From assembly GCA_965218695.1 (NCBI GenBank), contig OZ244651.1:1792001-1856000 (forward strand): 64,000 nucleotides of DNA. The letters run 5' to 3'. Shown piece by piece: positions 1-9,472 of the stretch; positions within the stretch are counted from its first letter, which is position 1; each line of letters opens with the position of its first letter. The notes under the pieces are model-generated. The model was not told the origin of the DNA. It was given only the letters and a program-made list of their open reading frames with translations, and made no database searches. The position numbers and the translations under genes are program-made. Source of the DNA: Nitrosopumilus sp. Its GTDB lineage: Archaea > Thermoproteota > Nitrososphaeria > Nitrososphaerales > Nitrosopumilaceae.

Positions 1-3000
1 CAAGACGATCCATATCCTATTCCTCGACTTTACTACATCAACTGCTCAACAGGAAGCTATGTGCAAGTATCAACTGGCTCTGGCTGCGGATAGCTCAAAT
101 GCAGCAAGTACCGCAGAATCTACTTGGAATAAGCTCTTGGAAATTTCCTCTGCATGCGCATCAGGGGCGCGAGTATACAGTCGCTCTGACTTGCCTAGTG
201 ACATGTGCGCATCACATGATGCCATCCAACCTCCCCGAACCACGCTACAGCCCCTGATTGAGCATTCAGACATTACTTTGGATGCAATCAGAACAACTAT
301 TTCAGGCGTAACACTGCCGCGCAGGAAAACGATTACAAAGGCAATTGAGGCACTCGCCGAGAATCAGGCAGTCATATTGACAGGCTCGCCAGGCTCTGGA
401 AAGTCTGTACTTGCCAAAACGCTAATTCGGCAGCAGGCAAGTGACTATTTCTGCCTGTCTTTTAGGGCCGAAGAGTTTGCAGAGAGCCATATTGACCCGG
501 TACTGCACGGCTCGGTAACTGGCAAGCAGTTTGCGGTTCTTCTGGGCGCGCAAGAACGGGTCTTGATACATGTGGAAAGTTTTGAACGCCTGCTTGAGCA
601 CACTACACGCGATGCGTTTACTGACTTGGTCACGATGGCAGAACAGCATCCAAACATTAGGCTGCTGCTGACATGCAGAGACCATTCCATTGGCACCGCC
701 TTGGCAGCGTTTTTTGAGCAAACCGAATTGACGCGTGACGTGGTCGAAGTACCGCTGCTTGACGAAGATGAAGCGGTACAAGTCGCCAGCAACTTTCCCA
801 ATATCGTGAATCTCATATCCAACCCTAGATTAAAACGGATTTTGTGCGTTCCGTATCTTCTTGACATGGCGGCAAGAATGGACTGGTCTGAACAACAGGA
901 CATGCCACAAGACAGCAGGTCCTTTCTGGAAAAATGCTGGAGCAACGTTATCCGAAAAGACAGCATGACATCTGCGGGATTGCCTGACCGGCGCGAACGC
1001 GCCCTTGTTGAACTTGCGGTGCGCCGCGCTCGTGAATTGCGTCCTTTCGTTTCGACGGACGGAATTGATGTTGATGCACTTGACTGGTTGTACAAAGACG
1101 GCATTGTGTTAAAAGAAAGGCAAGGATTTGCCGCACCGGCGCACGACGTCATTGAAGACTGGGCAATAATACGATGGATCGAATCGCTTGCTACAAGGCA
1201 CGAATGGCAGGCTTGCCCAATATCTGAGGATGTCAGCTGGCACCCTGCTATCCGTCGGGGATTTCGCGAGTGGTTGAAGGATAATCTGGATGCAGGCTTC
1301 GAGAAGGCATACAGATTTGTGCTCTCCGCATACAGAGCCGATTCTCTTCCCCAACACTTTCGAGACGACGTGCTGGTTTCAATGTTGCTTTCCAATTCCG
1401 CGGGGGAGTTTATTTTGCGTCAAAAAGACGAAATGCTGGCCGATGATGCTCGACTGTTTGCTAGATTGATACATCTGGTGCGTGTTGCGTGTAAAAAAGT
1501 CGTAAAACGATCAGGAATATCAAATATGCCGCTATCTGTATTGCTTACGCCGGAAGGGGATGCGTGGCAGGCATTACTGGAGGCAGTCGCCGATGAACTT
1601 GACCGGCTGTTACCCAAACACAGAGGATCGATACTTGGACTGCTTGAGGACTGGGCGGATGGAGCAGACGCGGATTCATCAACGCCAGACGCAGTCTCGT
1701 TTGGCAGGATAGCATACCAGCTGCTCAATCAGTTGGAAGACTATCGTGATGATGACGTTCGAGGGCAGATTCTAAAGGCCATTGCAAAAGTGCCCCATGC
1801 CGACGATGAAAGATTCATCGATCTGATTGAGCGGGCATCAATTAGATCAAAGCGACGTGACCTTCTGGCAAGGGAATTTAGTGAACTTCTGATCAGCACG
1901 TGGGATGGAGCCCCAGCGTGCAGATGTTTCCCAAAACATATGGCCAAACTTACTCGGTTCATGTGCTGCCTATCGGAACATGGCATTAGGCCCGAATCCG
2001 ATTTTGACGCATTCTTACACACCGAGCCATATTTCGGATTGAGATTCAACGCTCATTTCCGTTTCTTGCCTAGTGCCATTCGAGGCCCGTTTTTCTCCTT
2101 GTTGTTCTATCATCCACAAATCGGCCTTCAGCTTGTCCTGGATATAGTCAATCATGCGGGAGATTGGTATGGAAATCGCAGATGGCCTAGGACCAGATTG
2201 GAGCCAGCATACCAAATCACAATTTCAACTTCCGGTGGAGAGGTTCAGCAATGGGCAAATGACATCCTTTGGCAGGCATATCGAGGAAAGCGTCCCATTC
2301 CCAATGTCATCCAATGCGCGCTTATGGCCCTTGAGCATTGGCTGCTGAAGATGTGTAAAGACTCAATTCCTGTTGAGCATTGGCTGCTGAAGATACTAAA
2401 AGAGAGTAATAACGTAATGACTACCGCAGTAGTGGCAAGCGTGTGTAATGCTTATCCTGACCTTTGTGGCACGGTGGCATTCTCTTTCATCAAGTCCAAG
2501 AAATGCATTGAACTGGATAATCAGCGGGTGTCAAATGAACACGAATTCAGATTAGCATTATCACTCAGTTTTCATCCTGCAGATCAGATTTACTTTGATG
2601 AACGCAAAAGATCAAACGCACTGGAACATCGTCAGCGCAATCTTGAGACTCTGGCACTCTATCTGCAATCGAGAGGGCAAGCAAGACAGATCCATAATAT
2701 TATTGACGGCCATCTGGCAGAGATGCCTCCCGAGGTCCAAAGGACAGACGAGGACAGAGCTTGGCTGTTGGCATTACGCCGGATGGATTTCAGGCGCCTG
2801 AAGGTTGCCAACGCGTCATTCTCTTCTGAAGGCAATGATTCAGAAAACAAATCTGCAAAGAGCGTGACCATGTCCCTCGTACCCAAAAACTTGGATCCTG
2901 ATGTCCAAAACCTTGTCAACGCCAGAGCCGAGGAACACAGTCAGTATGTCGATATGTTATCACCATTAAATTGGGGACTTGGGCAGTGGGATCGAAACTC

Positions 3001-4480
3001 CGAGAAGAAGGATATCGATTCTTGGCGGGATTTCCTTACCAAGGCACGAGATACGCACCAAATGGAAACAACAGCAGGCTTGGGATGGATTCTAAAAAGC
3101 GGCAGGGGAATAATTGCCGCCGTGTGTGTCCGGGATCATCTGGAAGACATGGAAGCCGATGACCTGCGATGGTGCATCGACACACTCATTGCCGAGGTTG
3201 GACAGGATAATGAAAGCGAAGATCCCGTAGTCAACACATCTAACAACCCTACGAGTCCCGACATGCATGCGGCCTACGTTTTGCCAAAGATCCTATCTTG
3301 CAATCAGAATGATGCGGAAATCTTGAAAGCCGTCATCAGGGCAGTCACTCATCCATCACCAGAAGTTTCGGCTTGGGCGGCAGAGGGGATTGCAAAGTAT
3401 CTGGGACCTGAGCATCAGAATACAGTGCTCAGCTGCATTGGGGCAGTCGCCATGCACTCAAATCTTTTAGTGCAAGATGAACAACTACAAACTCAAAGAA
3501 GAATGCAGGGAATTTTTGAAGAGCGTGATTCAGAAAACATGCGAGAACGGGTCAGGAAAGAGTGCATCCAAGGCTCCATCAACGTGGAGCAGGAATTGGC
3601 AGGCATTGATCCCGTGTCTGGGTATGGATGGTACGCTACCGAGCGCATTTTGGCAATGTTGGGCACGTCACAGGATTTTGTCATTACAAAAGACATCGTT
3701 ACGGAGACCGGGCAGGCTGTCGTGAGGGCGTGGTCTGCCACACATGAGGATCATGATACCGCGGTAGGTTCTCAGTCCGTTCTCTCCGCGGTAGATAAGT
3801 TAACGAGTATCGTTTTGACCATGACGCCCGACGCAGCACTGCATTGCTGCAAACCGTTCTTGAATGCGGTGGATGAACATCCAGACGAGGTGGACGACTT
3901 TATTGGGATGCTAATAATACATGAGTACAGGCAGAATTCTGACGAAACTTGCTTCTGGACTTTGTGGCAGGCCTTCGCTGATCGCATAATCGATGCGCAG
4001 TGGTCTTGCAGGATTAGCTCCAGTCGTTCGGTTGGAAAAAAACTGATAGACAAAATGCTGTTTGGAACACATTGGAAGAATGGACTACGAGATTGGCACT
4101 CCCTTGCTGATCACAGGCATCAGATCAATGCATTTATGACCAGCCTGCCTGCCGTGTCACCAGTATTGATGGGATTTGCCCACTACATTTACCACCTGGG
4201 GGGAAGAACGCTGCCAGACGATTTTATAGTAGTAGCTGACCGTCTGCAGGCGGGAGACCCAGCAGAATTGTTCAGTAAGCGAAGCACCATCCTTTATCTG
4301 GAGCCTCTTCTTCAACAATACGTTTACGGTCAACCAGCAGTCCTAAAAACAGACCCAAATTTGCGAACGGCCACCCTTACAATTCTAGACCGACTTGTAG
4401 ATGCAGGATCTTCCGGGGCATACAGGATGCGTGATGATTTCGTGACCCCGGGGGCAGATTCGTCTAACTCTCAAGCATGA
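1..4480 (+). CDS. Large STAND-class NTPase with helical-repeat C-terminus, Avs (AVAST type 2/4)-like antiviral protein; 5'-truncated by the window edge
   Basis: Walker A GSPGSGKS and a Walker B-like LIHVESFE, then a long helical region with 'PSAIRGPF..LL' and 'LWQAYRG..ALMALEHWLL' motifs that resemble Avs sensors as I recall them. The frame is open from base 2 (KTIHILFLDF...), so the N-terminal effector lies upstream. Confidence 0.7.
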   Translation, partial: KTIHILFLDFTTSTAQQEAMCKYQLALAADSSNAASTAESTWNKLLEISSACASGARVYSRSDLPSDMCASHDAIQPPRTTLQPLIEHSDITLDAIRTTISGVTLPRRKTITKAIEALAENQAVILTGSPGSGKSVLAKTLIRQQASDYFCLSFRAEEFAESHIDPVLHGSVTGKQFAVLLGAQERVLIHVESFERLLEHTTRDAFTDLVTMAEQHPNIRLLLTCRDHSIGTALAAFFEQTELTRDVVEVPLLDEDEAVQVASNFPNIVNLISNPRLKRILCVPYLLDMAARMDWSEQQDMPQDSRSFLEKCWSNVIRKDSMTSAGLPDRRERALVELAVRRARELRPFVSTDGIDVDALDWLYKDGIVLKERQGFAAPAHDVIEDWAIIRWIESLATRHEWQACPISEDVSWHPAIRRGFREWLKDNLDAGFEKAYRFVLSAYRADSLPQHFRDDVLVSMLLSNSAGEFILRQKDEMLADDARLFARLIHLVRVACKKVVKRSGISNMPLSVLLTPEGDAWQALLEAVADELDRLLPKHRGSILGLLEDWADGADADSSTPDAVSFGRIAYQLLNQLEDYRDDDVRGQILKAIAKVPHADDERFIDLIERASIRSKRRDLLAREFSELLISTWDGAPACRCFPKHMAKLTRFMCCLSEHGIRPESDFDAFLHTEPYFGLRFNAHFRFLPSAIRGPFFSLLFYHPQIGLQLVLDIVNHAGDWYGNRRWPRTRLEPAYQITISTSGGEVQQWANDILWQAYRGKRPIPNVIQCALMALEHWLLKMCKDSIPVEHWLLKILKESNNVMTTAVVASVCNAYPDLCGTVAFSFIKSKKCIELDNQRVSNEHEFRLALSLSFHPADQIYFDERKRSNALEHRQRNLETLALYLQSRGQARQIHNIIDGHLAEMPPEVQRTDEDRAWLLALRRMDFRRLKVANASFSSEGNDSENKSAKSVTMSLVPKNLDPDVQNLVNARAEEHSQYVDMLSPLNWGLGQWDRNSEKKDIDSWRDFLTKARDTHQMETTAGLGWILKSGRGIIAAVCVRDHLEDMEADDLRWCIDTLIAEVGQDNESEDPVVNTSNNPTSPDMHAAYVLPKILSCNQNDAEILKAVIRAVTHPSPEVSAWAAEGIAKYLGPEHQNTVLSCIGAVAMHSNLLVQDEQLQTQRRMQGIFEERDSENMRERVRKECIQGSINVEQELAGIDPVSGYGWYATERILAMLGTSQDFVITKDIVTETGQAVVRAWSATHEDHDTAVGSQSVLSAVDKLTSIVLTMTPDAALHCCKPFLNAVDEHPDEVDDFIGMLIIHEYRQNSDETCFWTLWQAFADRIIDAQWSCRISSSRSVGKKLIDKMLFGTHWKNGLRDWHSLADHRHQINAFMTSLPAVSPVLMGFAHYIYHLGGRTLPDDFIVVADRLQAGDPAELFSKRSTILYLEPLLQQYVYGQPAVLKTDPNLRTATLTILDRLVDAGSSGAYRMRDDFVTPGADSSNSQA

Positions 4481-4651
4481 ATCTGATCTGGATTCATGTT
4501 TTTGATACCAGTTTTCATGCATGTGTCAAATGGTCAACACCCCTGCTTATTTAGACATAACCAATTCCAGTGATCTATAACGGCATGCAAAAATTCGTGA
4601 ATGCGTGTTAGCCACGCCCACACCACACAGGGGGCCAACCCATAGCGGTGC

Positions 4652-5602
4652 ATGGCCGTAATGACCCCACTGAAAAGACGTTTAACCCAAACCATTCCAA
4701 TCAACTTGTTGGATTATGATTCGCTGCACCACTTCATCAAGTACAAGATGAGCATGACGCACGTCTACCAGCCAATCATGATACGTACGCTGCTGGAATC
4801 CGAGGACTGCAAGGCGACCCGAGAGGCGATTGCAAGGCAGTTCTTGGGCATGGACGAGTCCCAGTTGAACTACTACAAGGCGATAACTGCAAGGTGGCCG
4901 CACAAGACGCTGAAGGGGCACGGGATAGTAGAGTACGAAAGGAGGGGACAGGTGTACACCCTGCTTCTTGACGGCGCGACGGCAGGGCAGAAGGAGAGGC
5001 TGACGGAGCTGTGCGACCGCAGGCTTCACGAGTTCATCGACAGGGATCCGGCGATACGGCGATTGCGGGAGCATGACAGGCGCTCGCGTTCCGGCAGCCT
5101 CAGGTACGACGTCTTGGCAAAGTCCCGGGGCTTCTGCGCCGCATGCGGCGTTTCGTCCGCTGAGGCGCTGCTGCACGTAGACCACATAATACCGATCAGC
5201 TGGAATGGCAAAGACCAAATGGACAACATGCAGGCGCTGTGCTACAAGTGCAACACCCAGAAAAGGGACAGGGACGATACGGACTTTTTGCTGTGGCGCA
5301 AGAGGCTCCAGTTCAGGAAACCCGGATGTGCCATGTGTTCCAACGAGGCACACGCGCTTGGGAACGACCTGGCGTACTGCGTTCTGGGAGGGGCAGGCGA
5401 TCCTTCGATGGTGGTCCCCCGGAGGCATGCATTATCGTTCATGGATCTGATACCTGCCGAACGGCACCTCTGCATCGCGCTGGCGGATCGCGCCGTGCGG
5501 TGCTTGAAGGAACAACACGGGCGCGTGGCAGATTTTGACGTGAGGTTCGACGTGCCTGCCGACCACTACTCCATCAGGATCGCCCCAACAAGCAGGCAGT
5601 GA
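4652..5602 (+). CDS. HNH endonuclease with N-terminal winged-helix-like region and degenerate C-terminal HIT-like domain
   Basis: N-terminal 'MSMTHVYQPIMIRTLL'; HNH core CAACG...LHVDHIIP..G.D..DNMQALCYKCN; C-terminal CxxC...VVPRRH typical of HIT domains, but the HxHxH triad is lost. Confidence 0.8.
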   Translation: MAVMTPLKRRLTQTIPINLLDYDSLHHFIKYKMSMTHVYQPIMIRTLLESEDCKATREAIARQFLGMDESQLNYYKAITARWPHKTLKGHGIVEYERRGQVYTLLLDGATAGQKERLTELCDRRLHEFIDRDPAIRRLREHDRRSRSGSLRYDVLAKSRGFCAACGVSSAEALLHVDHIIPISWNGKDQMDNMQALCYKCNTQKRDRDDTDFLLWRKRLQFRKPGCAMCSNEAHALGNDLAYCVLGGAGDPSMVVPRRHALSFMDLIPAERHLCIALADRAVRCLKEQHGRVADFDVRFDVPADHYSIRIAPTSRQ

Positions 5603-5835
5603 TTCTGCCGTCAAACCGTTCTTGTTCGCGGCCGATTGGGATGACGGCATCCATCAGTCTCCATTTTCAAGTGCCCGCTTGATGCCCCTTCTGCGCTTTC
5701 CTTGGCACGCGTGAATGTATCATGCGGACGCGGGATACGCACCCGAGCAAAACCTTCCGGTTCGGCGCAGACATCCAAAAGATTCAGGCAACAAGCAAGC
5801 GAATCTTTATGGCCTCGACTTTGCACAACCGTTTC

Positions 5836-6507
5836 ATGGGATCCGATCCGAACAAGCTGGCCGTACTGGTTGACGGAGACAATGCGTACTTGGAGTACAT
5901 CGAACGCGTGATGGCCCATGCCGGCCGGCACGGCCAGGTGGTGGCCCGCCGCATCTACGGCGCCCACGACAAGATAGACAGTTATTTGGAATGCATCAAG
6001 TGCCACGGGTTCAAGCCTACATACGCGGAAGGCCAGAACGCCGCGGATACCAACCTGATAATAAATGCAATGGATATGTTCCGCTCCAAAGTGGCCGACG
6101 GCTACTGCATAGTAACGAGCGACAATGACTTTGCCGAACTGGTCAAGCGACTCCACAAGGAAGGGGCATTCGTGGCAGGGATCGGGGCGTTGGACAAGGA
6201 AATATCGCCGTTCAAGGACGCATGCGACGACTTTACGTATTTCGAAGATCTGCCCCCGCCGGACGACCAGGATCCGGCCATCCGGGAATTTGTGCATGGT
6301 TGGGAGGAGGCAGTCAAGGAAGCCATCCGCGCGTGCGCGAAAGAGGACGGATGGACCTTTCTCTCGGATATCGGGAACAGGTTGAGGGGCGCTGGATACG
6401 ACCTTAATCCTGCCGCCCATTGCCACAAGGGACAGATGTCATTAATTGGGTCATGCCCGGAGTTTGAAATAAGGGCAGAATCGAATCAGGTACGACTGCG
6501 GCAGTAG
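5836..6507 (+). CDS. NYN (LabA/DUF88, PIN-like) domain protein with C-terminal OST-HTH/LOTUS domain
   Basis: LAVLVDGDN, NAADTNLIINAMD, IVTSDNDF and ACDDF motifs; C-terminal DGWTFLSDIGNRL. Start set at ATG 5836. Confidence 0.9.
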   Translation: MGSDPNKLAVLVDGDNAYLEYIERVMAHAGRHGQVVARRIYGAHDKIDSYLECIKCHGFKPTYAEGQNAADTNLIINAMDMFRSKVADGYCIVTSDNDFAELVKRLHKEGAFVAGIGALDKEISPFKDACDDFTYFEDLPPPDDQDPAIREFVHGWEEAVKEAIRACAKEDGWTFLSDIGNRLRGAGYDLNPAAHCHKGQMSLIGSCPEFEIRAESNQVRLRQ

Positions 6508-6889
6508 CAACCACGATCCGGCTATCCGGACGGCAGTCTAACACTGGACAAGGTTCTGTAAAATCTGCGGGTGGTGGGATCGGTTGTTGACGAAGGACAA
6601 GACCGAGGCCTTGGACAAACCGGGGTTGAGGTACTGCCCAATCCGGACGCGCTAGTTCGAGCCGGCGTAAGACAGACACCATCCCACAATGTACGCCGTC
6701 CCACCATTCTACAAAGTCTGCCATGCAATCCGACTCTTCCTTTGGGGGCTCCGCCGGACACGGTGAGATGAAGCATTCCAGCGGCCTCATTCGGGTGGAA
6801 CGCGCAACTTTCTTGGACTGCATACCGAAGGGGTTCGGAGGATCCGGGCTTGTGGAAGCGTGATGGTGCCGACGGCTTCAAGGAATGGG

Positions 6890-7380
6890 CGATTCAGGAG
6901 GGAATTGCTCAGGAGGGAATTGCTCATTTCTGGACCTGTTACTTTGACTATTCTTTCTCCTGACAATGCCATTCCTTGACCACGGAAGTTTCTGAAAATA
7001 CTCATTCCTTGAGACGTACTAGTCATTCATGGACGATTCCATACCATGCCCCGAAACGTTCCATGGTGAACTATTCCGTGACATGCGGGGCTTGTTATTC
7101 CAATCCAGAAGATCCATTCCATGGAATCATTCCACGATTACGTTTGAGGATGCCGTTTTCATGGAACCCTTCCTTGTCATGTTGTGGGTCAAAACGGGGG
7201 GGCATGTCATGTCATGCCAGACGCCGAAGGCGTCTGGACGTCCACGTAAGGCTCGAGTCGGGTTGTGCCATGCCGGCCTTATGACATGTTGGGATGAGCG
7301 GCCCTATGGGCCGCTGGGACAAGCCCGGCTTATGCCGGACTGAAGTATACAGGCTGTACCATATCGGACTTGGGTCCGAC
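6890..7380. repeat. Non-coding tract with many (C)ATTCC-type motifs followed by four hairpins; possible replication origin
   Basis: About 10 (C)ATTCC/TTCC/ATTCATG variants in 6970-7176; hairpins at 7217-7237, 7297-7315, 7325-7338 and 7364-7379; near-tandem AGGAGGG(G)AATTGCTC at about 6896-6927. Confidence 0.45.
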
Positions 7381-7545
7381 TACCATGCCAGTCGAGGTGC
7401 GGGTGCCAATGAATCCGGAGTGCCATTGGGAACCGGGTGTGTTCATGTGCGGCCAGAAGCGGGGGCCTGCGTGCTAATAGCAGTCAGGACAAGCCAGATG
7501 ACTGCGGACTTTGTGAAAAAAGATCGGAACTATTCATGTACCAAG

Positions 7546-8136
7546 CTAACCGAAGGCGTTCGGGCCTTCGAGCGGACCCTCTCTGTCTCTCCTCAACATC
7601 TCTTTCTTGACGGCCTTCTTGATCCTCTCTGGGGTGTAGTACGGATTTGCTTCCTTGAACTTCTTTAGGAGCTCCTTCTTGGTCTTGAGGCGTTCAGCCG
7701 ACTTGATGTGACTTATTCCCTTGTGGATCAGGGTTATCATGTCTGGGTTGGGATAGGCCAACAGTTTGCCGTCCTTTTCCTCGATCCATATGTCGGGCTC
7801 TAGGTTGAACTGTTTGGCCTTTTCCTTGATTCTGGGGAATGACTTCCGAACGTACGCCTCCGTCGTGCGACGTCTGAGGGATTGTACGGTGAACTCTTCC
7901 CGACATTCGAGGTGCGTCTTTTGGTTGTTGCTCGTGATGTCGGATTTTGGGATGATCTCATCACAGTGTACACAGATTTTGCGATCCTCGACCTTTATCA
8001 CGTCGGAGCATTCCAAATGGCGATCCTGCCCTTCGTAAGTGATGTGCGTAGAGTCCATTATGTCGTCACATACGACGCAGATTCTCGGCTTGAATTTTGG
8101 CCACTTTATTGTGGGTTTGGATTTTCTTCTGCCCAT
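7546..8136 (-). CDS. Basic hypothetical protein with two CxxC...HxxC zinc-finger units
   Basis: CVVC..(16)..HLEC and CVHC..(16)..HLEC; Lys/Arg-rich; TATA-like sequence about 25 nt upstream. Confidence 0.7.
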   Translation of the reverse strand: MGRRKSKPTIKWPKFKPRICVVCDDIMDSTHITYEGQDRHLECSDVIKVEDRKICVHCDEIIPKSDITSNNQKTHLECREEFTVQSLRRRTTEAYVRKSFPRIKEKAKQFNLEPDIWIEEKDGKLLAYPNPDMITLIHKGISHIKSAERLKTKKELLKKFKEANPYYTPERIKKAVKKEMLRRDREGPLEGPNAFG

Positions 8137-8371
8137 ACATTTGAAAAAACTTTAGTTCTATTATATAGTTGCGAGTTTACAATTAGACTGTATATCAGGC
8201 CTTATCCGGAAGAACTGCCTTCCGTTCCGGGCAATCGAGCCGTACGCTACGATCCTCTTGTGGTTGCTTGCGTATGGCACGTTTATGAAACGACCTGCCA
8301 TAGACCAATATTGACGGTCGACTATCACGTCGGGCACGAAAATTACCTGGGACAAGCGCATAAACGCCCAG

Positions 8372-8479
8372 ATCAAAACGGCGAATCCATCAAAACAAGG
8401 ATTGAAACCTCAAAAGATGGACGTCTCCAGGGATGAGACCGAGTCAAAACGACGAATCCATCAAAACAAGGATTGAAAC
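8372..8479 (+). CRISPR. Orphan mini-CRISPR array: two 37-bp repeats and one 34-bp spacer
   Basis: R1 8372-8408 ATCAAAACGGCGAATCCATCAAAACAAGGATTGAAAC; R2 8443-8479 GTCAAAACGACGAATCCATCAAAACAAGGATTGAAAC (35/37 identical); spacer 8409-8442 CTCAAAAGATGGACGTCTCCAGGGATGAGACCGA. The 3' end ATCCAxxAAAACAAGGATTGAAAC matches the known 37-nt archaeal repeat family of Methanosarcina type I-B/III arrays. Confidence 0.85.
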
Positions 8480-8596
8480 AACCACGCCGGTCACGCCGGT
8501 CACACGTTCAGGCAGTGTCCCAATTTTAGACTATTATTTTGCCTAGCTTACAATATAGTGTTATTCAGAATAATATTTATTTCAAGAACGGTCAAT

Positions 8597-9472
8597 ATGG
8601 CCATGCCCCGCCGTGCCAAAAAAGAGCTCCGCAACTTCACCCGCTCACTAAGGCTCGTCAAGCGATCCATCCGCCTCAACATACCCAGCTTTGTCAGCCG
8701 ATCCCTGTGCGTCAATCCCGGCGACCGCTTGGAGTGGTCGTTGAAATCCGGCATCCTCTGGTTCCGGATCGGTTCCGGGCCGAACAAGTTCTTCCTGCAA
8801 GGGCGCTCCCTGTACTGCACCGTCCCCATGAACTTGGCCAAATCTGCCGGATACTGGGACGGCGACTGGGTGCGGTTGAACGTGTACAGGGACGACTACC
8901 CGTTAGCCATATCCCTATCCCGCGCCAAACCGCCGCCCCCCGGCACGTTCGTCCGAGACAGGTGGAAGGAGGAAGAACGCGAGTGGGACAAAATGGTCGA
9001 TGAACTACGCCGGATCGAAGACGATAACAAGCGCCTGAAGAGAGAGAAATATGAATTGGAATTCGAGGTGAGACGCTTGAGGGCCACGGTAAGAGGGTAC
9101 AAGATCGGCGGTTCGTTCTCAGATTCGTGGTGGCTAGAGAAGCTTGACAAGATGAAAGATAACGTGGAAGGACCCCTGAAGGAAAAATTCGCCCGCGAAT
9201 TCGGCAAGGAATGGTGGCTCAACCCGTACTTCATCGCATCCAGCGTCGAATTTTTAAATATCACACCCAGCCGTAACTTGGAGGCACACTTTGCCGGCCT
9301 GCTGGCTAATTTCGACCTTGACGATCCGGGCATCGACAGGATAGAGGTTGAGGCGTACCGCCCCGTGCTAGAGATGGTCAAGTCCGGCATGTCACTGGCA
9401 GAAGCCGTGGCCTCCAACATACGGGCTTTCGCGGCTAGATCTTCAGGATCATCACCCCGTAGGTCTTTCTGA
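8597..9472 (+). CDS. Putative regulator with tandem AbrB/SpoVT-like domains and a coiled coil
   Basis: SIRLNIPSFVSRSLCVNPGDRLEW and SLYCTVPMNLAKSAGYWDGDWVRL are AbrB-like swapped-hairpin patterns; EEEREWDKMVDELRRIE...LEFEVRRLR is coiled coil. Confidence 0.65.
   Translation: MAMPRRAKKELRNFTRSLRLVKRSIRLNIPSFVSRSLCVNPGDRLEWSLKSGILWFRIGSGPNKFFLQGRSLYCTVPMNLAKSAGYWDGDWVRLNVYRDDYPLAISLSRAKPPPPGTFVRDRWKEEEREWDKMVDELRRIEDDNKRLKREKYELEFEVRRLRATVRGYKIGGSFSDSWWLEKLDKMKDNVEGPLKEKFAREFGKEWWLNPYFIASSVEFLNITPSRNLEAHFAGLLANFDLDDPGIDRIEVEAYRPVLEMVKSGMSLAEAVASNIRAFAARSSGSSPRRSF

Noticed and set aside
6510-6890. Short ORFs downstream of the NYN gene
   Set aside because: No recognisable domain; possibly decayed sequence.
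8190-8371. Additional degenerate CRISPR repeats upstream of the mini-array
   Set aside because: Only TATGAAAC near 8284 resembles the repeat end; spacing and the rest of the sequence do not fit.
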